Below are positions 27,011 to 37,093 of a stretch of DNA of 64,000 nucleotides, piece by piece. The translations under genes and the position numbers were made by a program. Location of the stretch: the NCBI GenBank assembly GCA_964487475.1, contig CAZAPM010000006.1, positions 21,702-85,701 of the forward strand. The letters are read 5' to 3'. This stretch comes from an uncultured Planctomycetales bacterium. Lineage in GTDB: Bacteria > Omnitrophota > Gorgyraeia > Gygaellales > Profunditerraquicolaceae. Within the stretch, counting starts at the first letter, position 1; every line of letters starts with the position of its first letter. Under the pieces are notes generated by a model, which had not been told where the DNA came from, made no database searches, and saw nothing but the letters and a program-made list of their open reading frames with translations.

Positions 27011-28819
27011 TTAGAAGTCGATGCGCACTCCCGCGCGCAGCCAGCGGCCGGGCTGCACCACCCCGCCCGCCTCCCGGTAATGGGCGTTATTGAGGTTGGT
27101 GCCGGAGATGAAGGGGGTGACCGTACAGGAAGGGTAGGCCATCTGGCGGGAGAGGCCGAGGTCGAGGAGGAAATACTCCTCTCCCAGGCGGCGGGATACG
27201 TACGTTCCCGCCCAGGAGAAGTCCAGTCCGCACACCCGGTGGGTCAGGGTGCCTGCGGCCTTATGCCGCACGATATCCAGCGCGTATTTAGAAAGAAGAT
27301 CCCCGGGATCGTTGCGGGGCTCCATATAGATATAGGAAAAGGCGGCTTCCGAGATGCGCACCCCCCGCCCTTTCTGGCGCGGCTTCCAGGTGACCCCGGC
27401 CTCCACCCCCCGCACCTCGACCCTCCCGATATTCGCGGCATCCCAGGGATCGGTGGAACGGGCGCGGGTCCAGTCGATCAGGTCCCGGCTTTGGCGCAGG
27501 AAGGGCTCCAGGAGGATATGCACCTGCGGCAGCGCACAGGTTGCGTTGAGCGCGAAGGTATCGGCGCGCTCCGTGCCCAGCCCGGGGTTTCCCCTGTTCG
27601 CCGCATCCCGGTAATACAATTCCGTGAATGTCGGTAGCCGGTAACTGCGGGCGTAAGAAGCGGAAAACGAGAGCGTATCCTCGATCGCGTCCCAGCCCAG
27701 GAGGACGTCCCCGGCATACCGCATCCGCTGCTGCGAAAAGTACGCCGGCGCCGCACCGGCTTCGAGACGCAGTCCGGCCCCGGGCCTAACCCTCGCCCGC
27801 GCGCCGGTGCCTGCGCTCCACCGGGAATGACGGCCGAGGTTGCTGGAGGTGATGCGCTCCTCCTTCAGCATCCCCGAGAGATCGATCTGCGCCGTATCGA
27901 AAGGAATGGTGCGCTCGGAGACTATGCCGTACATATGCGTGGTATGGATGTTCTGACGGGAAGGGAACTCCTTCTGCAGGATGAACGTATCGCCGTGCCG
28001 GCGCCAGAGCGCCGTGTGTTTCCAGGGGCCCTCCTCCTCCAGGGAAGCGGCGGAGAGCCGGACGAGCAAGGTGTCGGTACGCTCCTCCTCCCGGGGGAAA
28101 AGATTCGAGTAAAAATTGGCTGCCCCGAACTCCTTCTCCTGATACCCGAAGAACGCCTCATAACGCCGCTTTCCGGATTCATACGCCGCATGCGCGGTGC
28201 CGGTACCGGAATCGAACTCCGTATCCGGGCGGGCGGCTTTCGCCTGCGCATGCTCAAAGGATATTCTGGCCCCGAGCCCCCGGCGGAACCGGGAAAAAGA
28301 TGCCCCCTCGCCAAAAAGCCCGTGCTGGCCGAAGTATCCCATGGCCCGGGATCCGTTATGCAACGGGTCCTTAAGCCGCACCCCCACGCCCCCGGCAAGG
28401 CCGGAGAAGGCGGCGGTTCCCGGAGGCAACTGGTCCAGGCGGGCGACGTCAAACAAAGTAAAGGGAAGGTCGAAGGAATGGTGCCCGGTCTGGGGATCGG
28501 CGAGGGGAACCCCTTCGAGATACACCCCGGACTGGTCGAAGGTAGCGCCGCGCAGCGACACATCCTGTTGGATCCCGAACGCCCCGCGGCTGCGCACGTC
28601 AAAGGACGCGGCGCGGTCAAGCACGCGGGAGAGCGTATCCGCCTCGGCGGCAGAAAACTCCGCGGCGCCCGCGATCCTGCGGGATGATTCATCCGCCACG
28701 CGGGATAAAGAAACCACCGTGATCGGATCGAGCTCGGAGGATACCTCGGCGCCGGCCCGCCCGGCGCATAGGGACACTACCGCGGCCAGGGACAAAAAAA
28801 TCCTTTCTCTGCGGCACAT
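27011..28819 (-). CDS. TonB-dependent outer-membrane receptor
   Basis: Signal peptide at the internal ATG at 28819, a plug domain, beta-barrel character, and a C-terminal Phe. Confidence 0.7.
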   Translation of the reverse strand: MCRRERIFLSLAAVVSLCAGRAGAEVSSELDPITVVSLSRVADESSRRIAGAAEFSAAEADTLSRVLDRAASFDVRSRGAFGIQQDVSLRGATFDQSGVYLEGVPLADPQTGHHSFDLPFTLFDVARLDQLPPGTAAFSGLAGGVGVRLKDPLHNGSRAMGYFGQHGLFGEGASFSRFRRGLGARISFEHAQAKAARPDTEFDSGTGTAHAAYESGKRRYEAFFGYQEKEFGAANFYSNLFPREEERTDTLLVRLSAASLEEEGPWKHTALWRRHGDTFILQKEFPSRQNIHTTHMYGIVSERTIPFDTAQIDLSGMLKEERITSSNLGRHSRWSAGTGARARVRPGAGLRLEAGAAPAYFSQQRMRYAGDVLLGWDAIEDTLSFSASYARSYRLPTFTELYYRDAANRGNPGLGTERADTFALNATCALPQVHILLEPFLRQSRDLIDWTRARSTDPWDAANIGRVEVRGVEAGVTWKPRQKGRGVRISEAAFSYIYMEPRNDPGDLLSKYALDIVRHKAAGTLTHRVCGLDFSWAGTYVSRRLGEEYFLLDLGLSRQMAYPSCTVTPFISGTNLNNAHYREAGGVVQPGRWLRAGVRIDF

Positions 28820-28880
28820 GCGGACAGTATACCGTAGAAAAAGGATAAACGTCAACCGATATTTAACGACTGGTTTACAA

Positions 28881-29837
28881 TTACCGGCAGTGCACCACGT
28901 CCCCTGCGGTGACCCGGCGCACCAGCCCGGCATCGTCCCGCACCAGCAGCGCCCCGTCCGCGTCCAGGTCCACGGCCTCCCCTTCGAGCGCGGCATGCGG
29001 GGCATGCACCTTGACCCGGCGCCCTAAGGTCACGGCATGGCTTTTCCACGCCTCGATCACCGGCGCCGGCCCCTCCTTCTGGAAACGCAGGTACCACGCC
29101 TCCATCCGGCGCAGGAACTCCTGGAGAAGCATAATACGGGAACAAGGAGCGCCCGTCACCTCGCGCAGGGAAACCGCCTGGCCGGGGAGATCCGCCGCAC
29201 GGGCGTTCACGTTCAATCCCAGCCCGATCACCACGAAACGCACCGCGTCCGTTTCCGCTTCCAGCTCCGTGAGTATCCCCCCGAGCTTCTTTCCCTGCAC
29301 CAGGATATCATTGGGCCACTTGATGGAAGCCGCCACCCCCGCGGTTTCCAGGCAGGCTTCGCACGCCGCCACGGCGGTCAACAGGGTCAGCACCGGAGCC
29401 TGGGCCGGCGCGATCTCCGGCCTCAAGATCAGGGATAGATAGAGGCCTTTATATTTCGGGGAAGCCCATTCCCTGCCCATCCTTCCCCGCCCCTTCTGCT
29501 GTGATTCCGCCAGGACCAAGGTCCCTTCCGGCGCCTTCTGCAGCCCCAGGGATACCGCCACCTCCATGGTGGAGGAAACCGCGTCGAAATAGTAGATCTT
29601 TCTGGCCATGGTCCTGGCCTGCAGTCCGGAGGAGATCTCGGGGGGGAAAAGGCGGTCGGGGGAAGAGACCAGCTGGTAACCGATGTGCGGCACGGCGGCG
29701 ATATCGTACCCGTCATCCTTGAGCTGCTGGATATGTTTCCACAACCCCTGACGGGTGATCTTCAGGCGCTCGCTTATCTCCTCGCCGGACACATACCCCT
29801 GGGCTTTCTTAAGGATGGAAAGGATCTTATCCTGCAT
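28881..29837 (-). CDS. birA: Bifunctional biotin-protein ligase/biotin operon repressor
   Basis: N-terminal HTH followed by a BPL catalytic domain (GRGRMGREW). Confidence 0.85.
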   Translation of the reverse strand: MQDKILSILKKAQGYVSGEEISERLKITRQGLWKHIQQLKDDGYDIAAVPHIGYQLVSSPDRLFPPEISSGLQARTMARKIYYFDAVSSTMEVAVSLGLQKAPEGTLVLAESQQKGRGRMGREWASPKYKGLYLSLILRPEIAPAQAPVLTLLTAVAACEACLETAGVAASIKWPNDILVQGKKLGGILTELEAETDAVRFVVIGLGLNVNARAADLPGQAVSLREVTGAPCSRIMLLQEFLRRMEAWYLRFQKEGPAPVIEAWKSHAVTLGRRVKVHAPHAALEGEAVDLDADGALLVRDDAGLVRRVTAGDVVHCR

Positions 29838-30873
29838 GTGCTTTTTTCAGGTACTCCTCGAAACGCTGCCAGAAAGGATCGACACCGGGATGAGAAAGCG
29901 GGCGCACCTGCCCGTCCCTCCTGACCGTGATCCCCTGCGCCAGAGGCACCACTTCTCCCGCGATCGCTGCCTCGATCCCGGCGCGCTTCAAGGCCGAGAT
30001 GATGGCGGGAGCGCGGGAAGCCCTGGCCGTCGCCAGAAGCGTACCCTCGCTGATGGAGATGAACGGATCGAGGGAGAAGCATTCGCAGGCCCGGCGCACT
30101 GCCTCCGGCATGGGGATCGCGTCCGCGTCGATGGCCATACCTACCCGGCTGTGCGTGGCGATCTCATAAAGGCCTCCCAGCACCCCGCACTCGGTCGCAT
30201 CATGCATGGCGGTCACTCCCCCCACCGCCGCGGCGATACCCGCGTCCTTGACCACGGACATCTGATAGTACACGTCCTGCGACTCCTTGCGCGCGGCAGC
30301 CCCGTAACGCTTTTCCAGGTACTGAGGGAAATACGCGGCCATCAGCCCCGTCGCCTCGATCGCCGGCCCCTTGGTCACGATCACGGCGTCCCCGGCCTCC
30401 GCCTTGGGGATGATGAGCTTTTCGCGCGGCCCGATGCCGAAGACCGTAGCACCCCCCACCATGGGGTAGGAGCATCCGGCATACCGCGCCGTGTGACCCG
30501 TCACCACGGAGATACCCAGGGCGCGGCACTCCTGATGCACCGCCTCCCACATCTCCTCGAGCTCCTTATCCGTGATCTCCGGAGGAAGGTTCAAATCCAC
30601 CGCCATATGCGTCGGCGCGATGCCGCTGACCGCCACGTCGCTGGCGAGAATATGCACGGCGAACCAGGCGGCGCGCGCCATCCCCAGCTCCCTGGCGATG
30701 TAAAAAGGATCGGTGGAAAGCGCCATCACCTGTTCCCCCAGGTCGATCACGCCGAAATCCACCCCGTTGTTGGGCCTGACGATGACCCGGGGATCCTCCG
30801 CGCCCAAACGCGGCTTGATCACCCGGTCAAAAAACGACCCCTCTATCTTTCCCAGCTTGCCTTGCGTAGACAT
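29827..30873 (-). CDS. AIR synthase-related (PurM/HypE-like) protein
   Basis: PurM-like N- and C-domain pattern. The specific function is not assignable. Confidence 0.5.
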   Translation of the reverse strand: MSTQGKLGKIEGSFFDRVIKPRLGAEDPRVIVRPNNGVDFGVIDLGEQVMALSTDPFYIARELGMARAAWFAVHILASDVAVSGIAPTHMAVDLNLPPEITDKELEEMWEAVHQECRALGISVVTGHTARYAGCSYPMVGGATVFGIGPREKLIIPKAEAGDAVIVTKGPAIEATGLMAAYFPQYLEKRYGAAARKESQDVYYQMSVVKDAGIAAAVGGVTAMHDATECGVLGGLYEIATHSRVGMAIDADAIPMPEAVRRACECFSLDPFISISEGTLLATARASRAPAIISALKRAGIEAAIAGEVVPLAQGITVRRDGQVRPLSHPGVDPFWQRFEEYLKKAHAG

Positions 30874-30881
30874 AGGTAAGG

Positions 30882-32054
30882 TTATGGTTTCTGTTCGTAA
30901 AGCGGGGACATCTGCCGCAGGGTATGCACGATCTTGGGCAGCGTCTTGACCACGGCTTCCGCATCCTCCCGCGTGCTCCAGCGCCCGAGGGAAAAACGCA
31001 GGGAACCGTGGGCCACTTCGTGCGAAAGACCGATCGCCAGCAGCACATGGGACGGCTCCAGGGAGCTCGAGGTACAGGCAGAACCGGTGGAAGCCGCGAT
31101 ACCCAGCATATCGAGGTTCAGCAGCATCGCTTCGCCTTCGATGTATTTGATGGAGATGTTGACGTTATTGGGCAGCCTCAACGCAGGGTGTCCGTTCAGG
31201 ATGCTCTCCGGGATCAGGGAGGTCAGCTCCTTGATCATCCAGTCCCGCAGTCCGCTTTGCGCGATCGCCTCCTGCTCCATCTTCTCCCGGCAAAGCTCCG
31301 CGGCTTTCCCTAAGCCGACGATACCGGGGGTATTGTAGGTGGATGCCCGGCGCCCCTGCTCCTGGTCGCCGCCGTGCAGGAAACGGTCGATACGCGTGCC
31401 CTTTTTCACGTACAGCGCGCCGACCCCCTTGGGGCCGTAGAACTTGTGCGCCGAAAGGGAGAGCATGTCGACATTGAGATCCGCCACGTCGATCGGGATA
31501 TGCCCGACGGTCTGCACCGCGTCGGTGTGCATGCACACCCCTTTTTCCCTGGCGATGGCGCCGATCTCGCGGATCGGCTGGATCGTGCCGATCTCGTTGT
31601 TGGCGTGCATCACGGAGATCAGCACCGTCTTGTCGGTGATGGCCTTCTTTATGTCGGCAGGATCGACCAGTCCGTACTTATCCACCCCCACCGTCGTCAC
31701 CTTGAAACCGCGTGACGCCAGGTGCGCTGCCGGCTCGCTCACCGCATGGTGCTCCACCGCGCTGACGATGATATGGTTACCCTTTTTCTGCCTTTCGAAG
31801 GCATGGGCCGCGCCGATGATCGCCGTATTGTTGGACTCCGTCCCGCCGGAAGTGAACACGATCTCCTGCGGCAGGGCGCCGATCAGCCCGGCTAAGGCGA
31901 TACGCGCCTGCTCGATCCCCTTCTTCGCCTGCTGCCCGTAGGAATGTATGCTGGAGGCGTTACCGAACTCCTCCAGAAAATAAGGCTCCATCGCCTTGAG
32001 CACCAGCGGATCGCAAGGCGTGGTCGCGGCATAATCCAGATATATTCTCTTCAT
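30882..32054 (-). CDS. nifS: Cysteine desulfurase (NifS/IscS)
   Basis: Class-V aminotransferase fold with PLP lysine context SAHKFYGPKG and active-site SGSAC. Confidence 0.9.
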   Translation of the reverse strand: MKRIYLDYAATTPCDPLVLKAMEPYFLEEFGNASSIHSYGQQAKKGIEQARIALAGLIGALPQEIVFTSGGTESNNTAIIGAAHAFERQKKGNHIIVSAVEHHAVSEPAAHLASRGFKVTTVGVDKYGLVDPADIKKAITDKTVLISVMHANNEIGTIQPIREIGAIAREKGVCMHTDAVQTVGHIPIDVADLNVDMLSLSAHKFYGPKGVGALYVKKGTRIDRFLHGGDQEQGRRASTYNTPGIVGLGKAAELCREKMEQEAIAQSGLRDWMIKELTSLIPESILNGHPALRLPNNVNISIKYIEGEAMLLNLDMLGIAASTGSACTSSSLEPSHVLLAIGLSHEVAHGSLRFSLGRWSTREDAEAVVKTLPKIVHTLRQMSPLYEQKP

Positions 32055-32845
32055 CGTTCCCTCACTTCGTTCATGCTTCCCACCCTGTACCCCTCCAGAT
32101 CGAGGGTTATATAATTATAACCCAACCGCTTGAGGCGAGCCACTAAAAAAGCGCGGCGGGCGGCCGCACGCGGCACACGCGCCGGCTCCACCTCGATCCT
32201 GCAGGAAAGGCCGTAATCCCTCACCCGCACCTGGGAGAAACCCTGGCGCCGCAGGTACTCCTCTGCGGAGTTGACCCGGCGCAGCGCTTCTGCGGAAAGA
32301 GGGGTGCCGTACGGGATACGGGAAGCCAGGCAGGCTAGGCTCGGCTTATCCCACGTAGGCAATCCCCAGGAACGGCTTATCCGGCGCACCTCCTCCTTGG
32401 TCAGTCCCGCCTCCAGAAGCGGGGAACGTACGCGCGCCTGCTCCTTCGCCCGGGTGCCGGGGCGGAAATCGGAAAGATCGGTGCGCGTGCTGGCCTCGGC
32501 CACCGCGCGCAGCCCCTTTTTCCGCGCCAAGACCTTAAGCCTCCGGAAAAGCTCCCCCTTGCAGTAATAGCACCTCTGGGGGGAGTTGGCGCGAAACCGC
32601 CGGTCTTCCATCTCGCGCGTGCGGATCACCATGTGCGGCGCGCACAGCCCTGCCGCGATCCTGCGGGCAGCGCGAAGCTCCTGCGCGGGGTAGGTCTGCG
32701 ACGCGGCGGTCACCGCAAGCACCTTGCCCGGCAGCGCGTGCTGCGCGGCTGCCAGCAAAAACGTACTGTCCGCACCCCCGGAGAAGGCCACCAGGCACGA
32801 TCCCATCTCCTCGAGGATGCGGCACAGCCGTACTACCTTGTCCAT
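32051..32845 (-). CDS. PP-loop ATPase, LarE-like sulfur transferase family
   Basis: SGGADS PP-loop and CYYCK. Start at the ATG at 32845. Confidence 0.6.
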   Translation of the reverse strand: MDKVVRLCRILEEMGSCLVAFSGGADSTFLLAAAQHALPGKVLAVTAASQTYPAQELRAARRIAAGLCAPHMVIRTREMEDRRFRANSPQRCYYCKGELFRRLKVLARKKGLRAVAEASTRTDLSDFRPGTRAKEQARVRSPLLEAGLTKEEVRRISRSWGLPTWDKPSLACLASRIPYGTPLSAEALRRVNSAEEYLRRQGFSQVRVRDYGLSCRIEVEPARVPRAAARRAFLVARLKRLGYNYITLDLEGYRVGSMNEVRER

Positions 32846-32853
32846 GCCGGTGC

Positions 32854-33075
32854 TCAGACCGCCATCACTTCCTTGATCTCGGGGACTTCCTTCTTGAGGA
32901 TACGTTCGATCCCCATCTTCAGGGTCATCTGGCTCATCGGGCAGCAACCGCAGGCACCGGTGAGCTTGAGCTTTACCACGCCGTCTGCCGTCACGTCCAC
33001 CAGCTCCACGTTGCCTCCGTCGGCCTGCAGCATGGGCCTGACCTGTTCTAACGCCTTCAGCACTTTTTCTTTCAT
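32854..33075 (-). CDS. NifU-like (Nfu) Fe-S assembly domain protein
   Basis: 73 aa with CGCCPMS. Start at the internal ATG at 33075. Confidence 0.7.
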   Translation of the reverse strand: MKEKVLKALEQVRPMLQADGGNVELVDVTADGVVKLKLTGACGCCPMSQMTLKMGIERILKKEVPEIKEVMAV

Positions 33076-33091
33076 TGCGCTCTCCTTGTAG

Positions 33092-33895
33092 TTACTGCAA
33101 CGGTACGTATCGGTTGATCCGGGAATGCAGGTATATCCGCTTCCAGTCCTGCCGGCGCAGACCCCCGTAATAGAACACGGTGGCCGGCTTATGCAACGCG
33201 GCGGAAAGGGTCGCTCCGCCGCTGGCAAAACAATAATACTTTTTACAGGAATAAAGCAGGTCGGCGAAGTGCCTAAGGTCCGGGAGGGTAAGCCACTGGC
33301 CGGCCCCGGCAACCTCCACATGCTTTCTCCGCAGCGCCATCTGCAGATCTATCCGCGCGCCCTCCCGGAGGAAGAACGCGCGCACCATCTCGCCGGTGAT
33401 CCCCTCTCCCGCGTTGGTCCAGTAGTTCGGGTCGTACACGACCTTGCCGGCGTATTCCGGCCGCACGGAAGGGGTGAAATACACTTCCGGCTCATGGAAC
33501 CTCTTGCCGTCGTCAAGCCCGTAGAACCTCATGAACTCGTCCATGAGGTTATGGCCTGCGCGCACGCGCGTGAACTCGGCGTAATACGAAAGGATGCCGA
33601 TCGTCGTGTGCGCTCCGGGCTCGTCCACGAACCCGTCGATGTACGGATTGGTCTCCCATAGCAGGGAACGGATATCCGGATAACGGAACTCCGAACGGGT
33701 GGAGATATACACCTTGTCGTACTTCCTCAGCTGCTTGGCGAGCCGGGGGAGATGGGAATAAAACAGATGATCCCCCAGCCCTCCGTAGCGGATCTCCAGG
33801 ACCAGGATACGGCGGCGGGAAACTTCCCGCATATACTCCCGGCCGCGGCGACGGTGCGCATACAAAGAGGAAAGATACCGCAGCGTATTGCTCAT
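33092..33895 (-). CDS. Hypothetical protein (weak glycosyltransferase-9-like N-terminus)
   Basis: 267 aa ORF with coding-like composition. The [15 protein letters not shown] segment weakly resembles GT9. Confidence 0.35.
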   Translation of the reverse strand: MSNTLRYLSSLYAHRRRGREYMREVSRRRILVLEIRYGGLGDHLFYSHLPRLAKQLRKYDKVYISTRSEFRYPDIRSLLWETNPYIDGFVDEPGAHTTIGILSYYAEFTRVRAGHNLMDEFMRFYGLDDGKRFHEPEVYFTPSVRPEYAGKVVYDPNYWTNAGEGITGEMVRAFFLREGARIDLQMALRRKHVEVAGAGQWLTLPDLRHFADLLYSCKKYYCFASGGATLSAALHKPATVFYYGGLRRQDWKRIYLHSRINRYVPLQ

Positions 33896-33907
33896 GGCAG
33901 ATGTATG

Positions 33908-34450
33908 TCAGACCCTCAGCACGTTCCACAAGAACGAGACCCTCTCCGGGCCCTGGTTCTTCTGGTATGAGAATGCGGGGTTGACCAGATATATGCTGTC
34001 CCCCGCCTCCAAAGTGAAAGATTTTCCGTTGACGCCTATCTCGATGCGCCCCGTTATCGCGACACCCAGCATCTCCTCGCCCTGCGGGGAACGGTCGGCA
34101 GGCAGCTCCTCCCCCGGATCGAGGGTCAAAAGCATGGGCAGGATACGGATATCCATGACCCCGGATGCCAGGAGCTCATAATTTCCGATAGGATCCTTTG
34201 GCCGCGCCTGCTGCTGCGGTGATCTGCGCAGGAACACGAACTCGGAGGCCCTCTCCTCCTGGAAAAGATCGCCCACCCCTACCTCCAGCGCTTTGGCGAT
34301 CCTGCGCAAGGAATCCACGGAAGGCGCGGTCATCCCGTTCTCCAGCTGGGAAAGGAAACTCGAAGTGAGCCCGGTCCTGGCCGCGACCTCCTTCAGAGGG
34401 AGCTTTTTCTGCGATCTCAGCTGTTTGATACGCTGCCCGATATCGTTCAT
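33908..34450 (-). CDS. XRE-family HTH plus cupin-domain transcriptional regulator
   Basis: N-terminal HTH_XRE (QLRSQKKLPLKEVAARTGLTSSFLSQLENG) and C-terminal cupin. Confidence 0.75.
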   Translation of the reverse strand: MNDIGQRIKQLRSQKKLPLKEVAARTGLTSSFLSQLENGMTAPSVDSLRRIAKALEVGVGDLFQEERASEFVFLRRSPQQQARPKDPIGNYELLASGVMDIRILPMLLTLDPGEELPADRSPQGEEMLGVAITGRIEIGVNGKSFTLEAGDSIYLVNPAFSYQKNQGPERVSFLWNVLRV

Positions 34451-34758
34451 GAGGAAAGCTTAAGTCGAACCGCCAGGTCAAAGAGCGTCCGCACCAGGAA
34501 TTCCTTAAGGAAAAGTATCAGTAAAAACGCGATAATGGGGGAGATATCGACACCCAGCCTGAAACGGTAAGGCAGCATCCCGCGCAGAGGCGCGAGGAGC
34601 CATTCCGTGCTCGCGTGAAGGAACTGCACCAGGGGATTGAAAGGGTCCGGGTTCACCCAGCTGATCAGCGCCCGCACCAGGATCAGCCAATAGAGACCCG
34701 TCAGCACCACATTCAGGATGGAAGCTGCGGAAACGAGGAAATTACTTACGATGAACAT
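34447..34758 (-). CDS. YggT-family membrane protein
   Basis: 103 aa with the YggT pattern. Confidence 0.65.
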   Translation of the reverse strand: MFIVSNFLVSAASILNVVLTGLYWLILVRALISWVNPDPFNPLVQFLHASTEWLLAPLRGMLPYRFRLGVDISPIIAFLLILFLKEFLVRTLFDLAVRLKLSS

Positions 34759-34811
34759 AGCTGGTTTAACCCCACTAACGCGGAGAGATACCGGAATGAT
34801 TTTTGTATCGG

Positions 34812-34840
34812 TTCCGCATTGATTATATGCGCTATTAATT
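34812..34840 (-). promoter_or_regulatory. Consensus sigma70 promoter
   Basis: Minus-strand TTGACA - 17 bp - TATAAT, upstream of yggT. Confidence 0.5.
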
Positions 34841-34906
34841 TCATTGTCAACACGTTGCCTGCCAGCATAACTCCGTTAAGAAAATTCAGTGTGGATGAAC
34901 TCCCGA

Positions 34907-35830
34907 TCACTGCGGATGCTGCAGAAGGTACTTGAACGCGCTTAAGCAGGCTTTTGCCCCTTCGCCGGCAGCTACGATGATCTGCTTTTCCGGCACATCG
35001 GTGACATCCCCGGCCGCAAAGATCCCCGGCACATTGGTCTCATTCGCGGCATTGACCAGTATCTCCCCGTAAGGATTCCGCGCGACCGCTTCGGCAAAGG
35101 AGCTGTTAGGGATTAGGCCGATCTCGACGAATACTCCCTCCACCGCAAGCTTCTTCTCTTTGCCTTCGTGCAGGAAGGTGATCCCCTGCACGAAACGCTC
35201 CCCCTGGATCCCGGTGATCCGGGCAGTGCGGTACACCGTGACCAGCGGGTTGGAGAAAAGCTGTTCCTGCATCACGGCATCCCCGCTTAAGGAATCCGCG
35301 TTGGTGAGCACCGAAACCGAAGTGCATATCTTCACCAGCTGCAACGCGGCATCGAGCGCCGAATTCCCCCCGCCGACCACGGCCACGGCCTTGCGGGAGA
35401 ACAGCGGCCCGTCGCACGTCGCGCAGTACGCCACGCCCCGGTTCTTGAACTCCTTTTCCCCGGGCACTCCCAGCTCCCGGGAACGCTTGCCCGAAGCGAT
35501 GATCACGGTGCGGCTTTCATACGCGGCCTTGTCCGTCTCCACCCTGATCGCTCCGTCAGGGAGGACCTTGAGCCCCCGGCACACCTCGCGCTCATGCACC
35601 GCGATCCCGTAGTTACGCATGTGCTCCTCGAACTTCGCCGCCAGCTCGGGCCCGGTGACGAACTGGTAGCCGGTGTAATTCTCGATATCCCCGCTCCAGA
35701 TTGTCTGGCCTCCGATATCGTCGGTAAGCATCAGGAAGCGCATGCGCTTGCGGGCGGCATACACCCCTGCGGTGATCCCCGCGGGTCCGGCGCCGATGAT
35801 GATCAGTTCGTACCTCTCCGGTGCGGCCAT
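34907..35830 (-). CDS. trxB: Thioredoxin reductase
   Basis: GAGPAG FAD motif, CATC redox-active disulfide, and NADPH GGGNSA. Confidence 0.85.
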   Translation of the reverse strand: MAAPERYELIIIGAGPAGITAGVYAARKRMRFLMLTDDIGGQTIWSGDIENYTGYQFVTGPELAAKFEEHMRNYGIAVHEREVCRGLKVLPDGAIRVETDKAAYESRTVIIASGKRSRELGVPGEKEFKNRGVAYCATCDGPLFSRKAVAVVGGGNSALDAALQLVKICTSVSVLTNADSLSGDAVMQEQLFSNPLVTVYRTARITGIQGERFVQGITFLHEGKEKKLAVEGVFVEIGLIPNSSFAEAVARNPYGEILVNAANETNVPGIFAAGDVTDVPEKQIIVAAGEGAKACLSAFKYLLQHPQ

Positions 35831-35839
35831 GCGCGTACC

Positions 35840-36076
35840 TTAGATCCCCAGCGCCTGCTGGATGCGCGGCTTATCGAACCCGACGATGATCTCCCCTTCG
35901 ATATCCAGCACCGGTACCCCCATCTGTCCCGATTTCTTGATCATCTCCTCCCCTGCCGTTTCGTCGGCGGAGACATCGATATCCCGGAAGGCGATACCGC
36001 TGTCCTTGAGATACTGTTTCGCCCGGATGCAATACGGGCAGGTGGGAGTGCTGTACACCAATACGTTCTTTGCCAT
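35840..36076 (-). CDS. Glutaredoxin-like protein (CPYC)
   Basis: 78 aa with the TCPYC motif. GGAGG RBS. Start at the ATG at 36076. Confidence 0.7.
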   Translation of the reverse strand: MAKNVLVYSTPTCPYCIRAKQYLKDSGIAFRDIDVSADETAGEEMIKKSGQMGVPVLDIEGEIIVGFDKPRIQQALGI

Positions 36077-36089
36077 GCCTGCTCCTCCG

Positions 36090-36563
36090 TTATTCCGCCG
36101 CCCGGTTCTGGTAATGCGCCAAATCCACCACCTCGTCGATCGCGACACCGATGAGGAACTTCGGGGTAGGCAGCAGCAGTTCGGGATGCCGGGGATGCCC
36201 CTTTTCCCCGCCGATGTTCTTCAATAACCGGCTGGTGATACGGGAGGTGATACGCGCCTCCCAGGCCTTCACCAGCTCGGTGCCGATATCCTCCTGGGTG
36301 ATGGAGACAGCCTTACCCTTAAGGCAGTACCCCTTGAAGTGATGCTCGTCGACCGCGGTCAGCGAGATATTGGGGGTCCGCTTCAGATTGGCCAGGGTCT
36401 TGCCGTGATACAGGTCAAAAAGGTAGACCCGCCCCGCAGGGCTGACGTGCACGATATCCTTGCAGGAATTGTGCACCGCCCCGTTCTCATCCACGGTCGA
36501 GACGATCACGAAATTCTGCTCCCGCAGGAATTGCAGCGCGTCTTCCACCGGTGATTGCGCCAT
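36090..36563 (-). CDS. Pyridoxamine 5'-phosphate oxidase-like FMN-binding split-barrel protein
   Basis: 157 aa with a PNPOx-like fold pattern. Confidence 0.55.
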   Translation of the reverse strand: MAQSPVEDALQFLREQNFVIVSTVDENGAVHNSCKDIVHVSPAGRVYLFDLYHGKTLANLKRTPNISLTAVDEHHFKGYCLKGKAVSITQEDIGTELVKAWEARITSRITSRLLKNIGGEKGHPRHPELLLPTPKFLIGVAIDEVVDLAHYQNRAAE

Positions 36564-36564
36564 C

Positions 36565-36723
36565 TTACACCTTTTCGAACATATCCTTGCCTACCCCGCA
36601 TTCGGGGCAGACCCAGTCCGCCGGCAGGCTTTCGAACGCCGTGCCCGGCTTGACGCCGTTCTCCGGATCCCCCTTCGCCGGATCATAGATATACCCGCAC
36701 ACCGTACATTTGTATTTATCCAT
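36565..36723 (-). CDS. rd: Rubredoxin
   Basis: Not in the ORF track. 52 aa [52 protein letters not shown] with the canonical CxxCG ... CPxCG pattern. Confidence 0.8.
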   Translation of the reverse strand: MDKYKCTVCGYIYDPAKGDPENGVKPGTAFESLPADWVCPECGVGKDMFEKV

Positions 36724-36914
36724 CAGATGATACCCCCCTGTTCGGTCAGCTCATTGATCTTTCTTTCGATGAGCTCCTTGTGTTTGTACTCCTCGGAGAC
36801 CAGGAACTCGAATATCTCCCGCACTCCGGGGAAATCCTCCGCATACCTCTGATACGCCTCCATTGCCTCCTGCTCCTTAAGCAATGCCAATCGCAACGCG
36901 TCTACCGGGGTCAT
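36723..36914 (-). CDS. Small ferritin-like/rubrerythrin-like helical protein (tentative)
   Basis: ExxH-type half-site (EEYKHKEL). The stop overlaps the rubredoxin ATG (ATGA). Start placed at the internal ATG. Confidence 0.35.
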   Translation of the reverse strand: MTPVDALRLALLKEQEAMEAYQRYAEDFPGVREIFEFLVSEEYKHKELIERKINELTEQGGII

Positions 36915-36992
36915 TCTCCCTCCCACTGGATCGACGAACGCGCAGGGGCCGGATATCAGGCCGGCCCCCGCGCACATCGTTTCACGGGACAA

Positions 36993-37076
36993 TTACTTCT
37001 TTTTCTTCTTGGCAACCTTCTTCTTGGCAACCTTCTTCACTGCTTTCTTCTTCGGTTTGCAGCTTCCACACGCCAT
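36993..37076 (-). CDS. Tiny Lys-rich ORF with N-terminal CxxC (27 aa), tentative
   Basis: MACGSCKPKKKAVKKVAKKKVAKKKKK, preceded by a GGAGGTGA RBS at 6 nt. Confidence 0.3.
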   Translation of the reverse strand: MACGSCKPKKKAVKKVAKKKVAKKKKK

Positions 37077-37093
37077 GAGACTTCACCTCCCTT

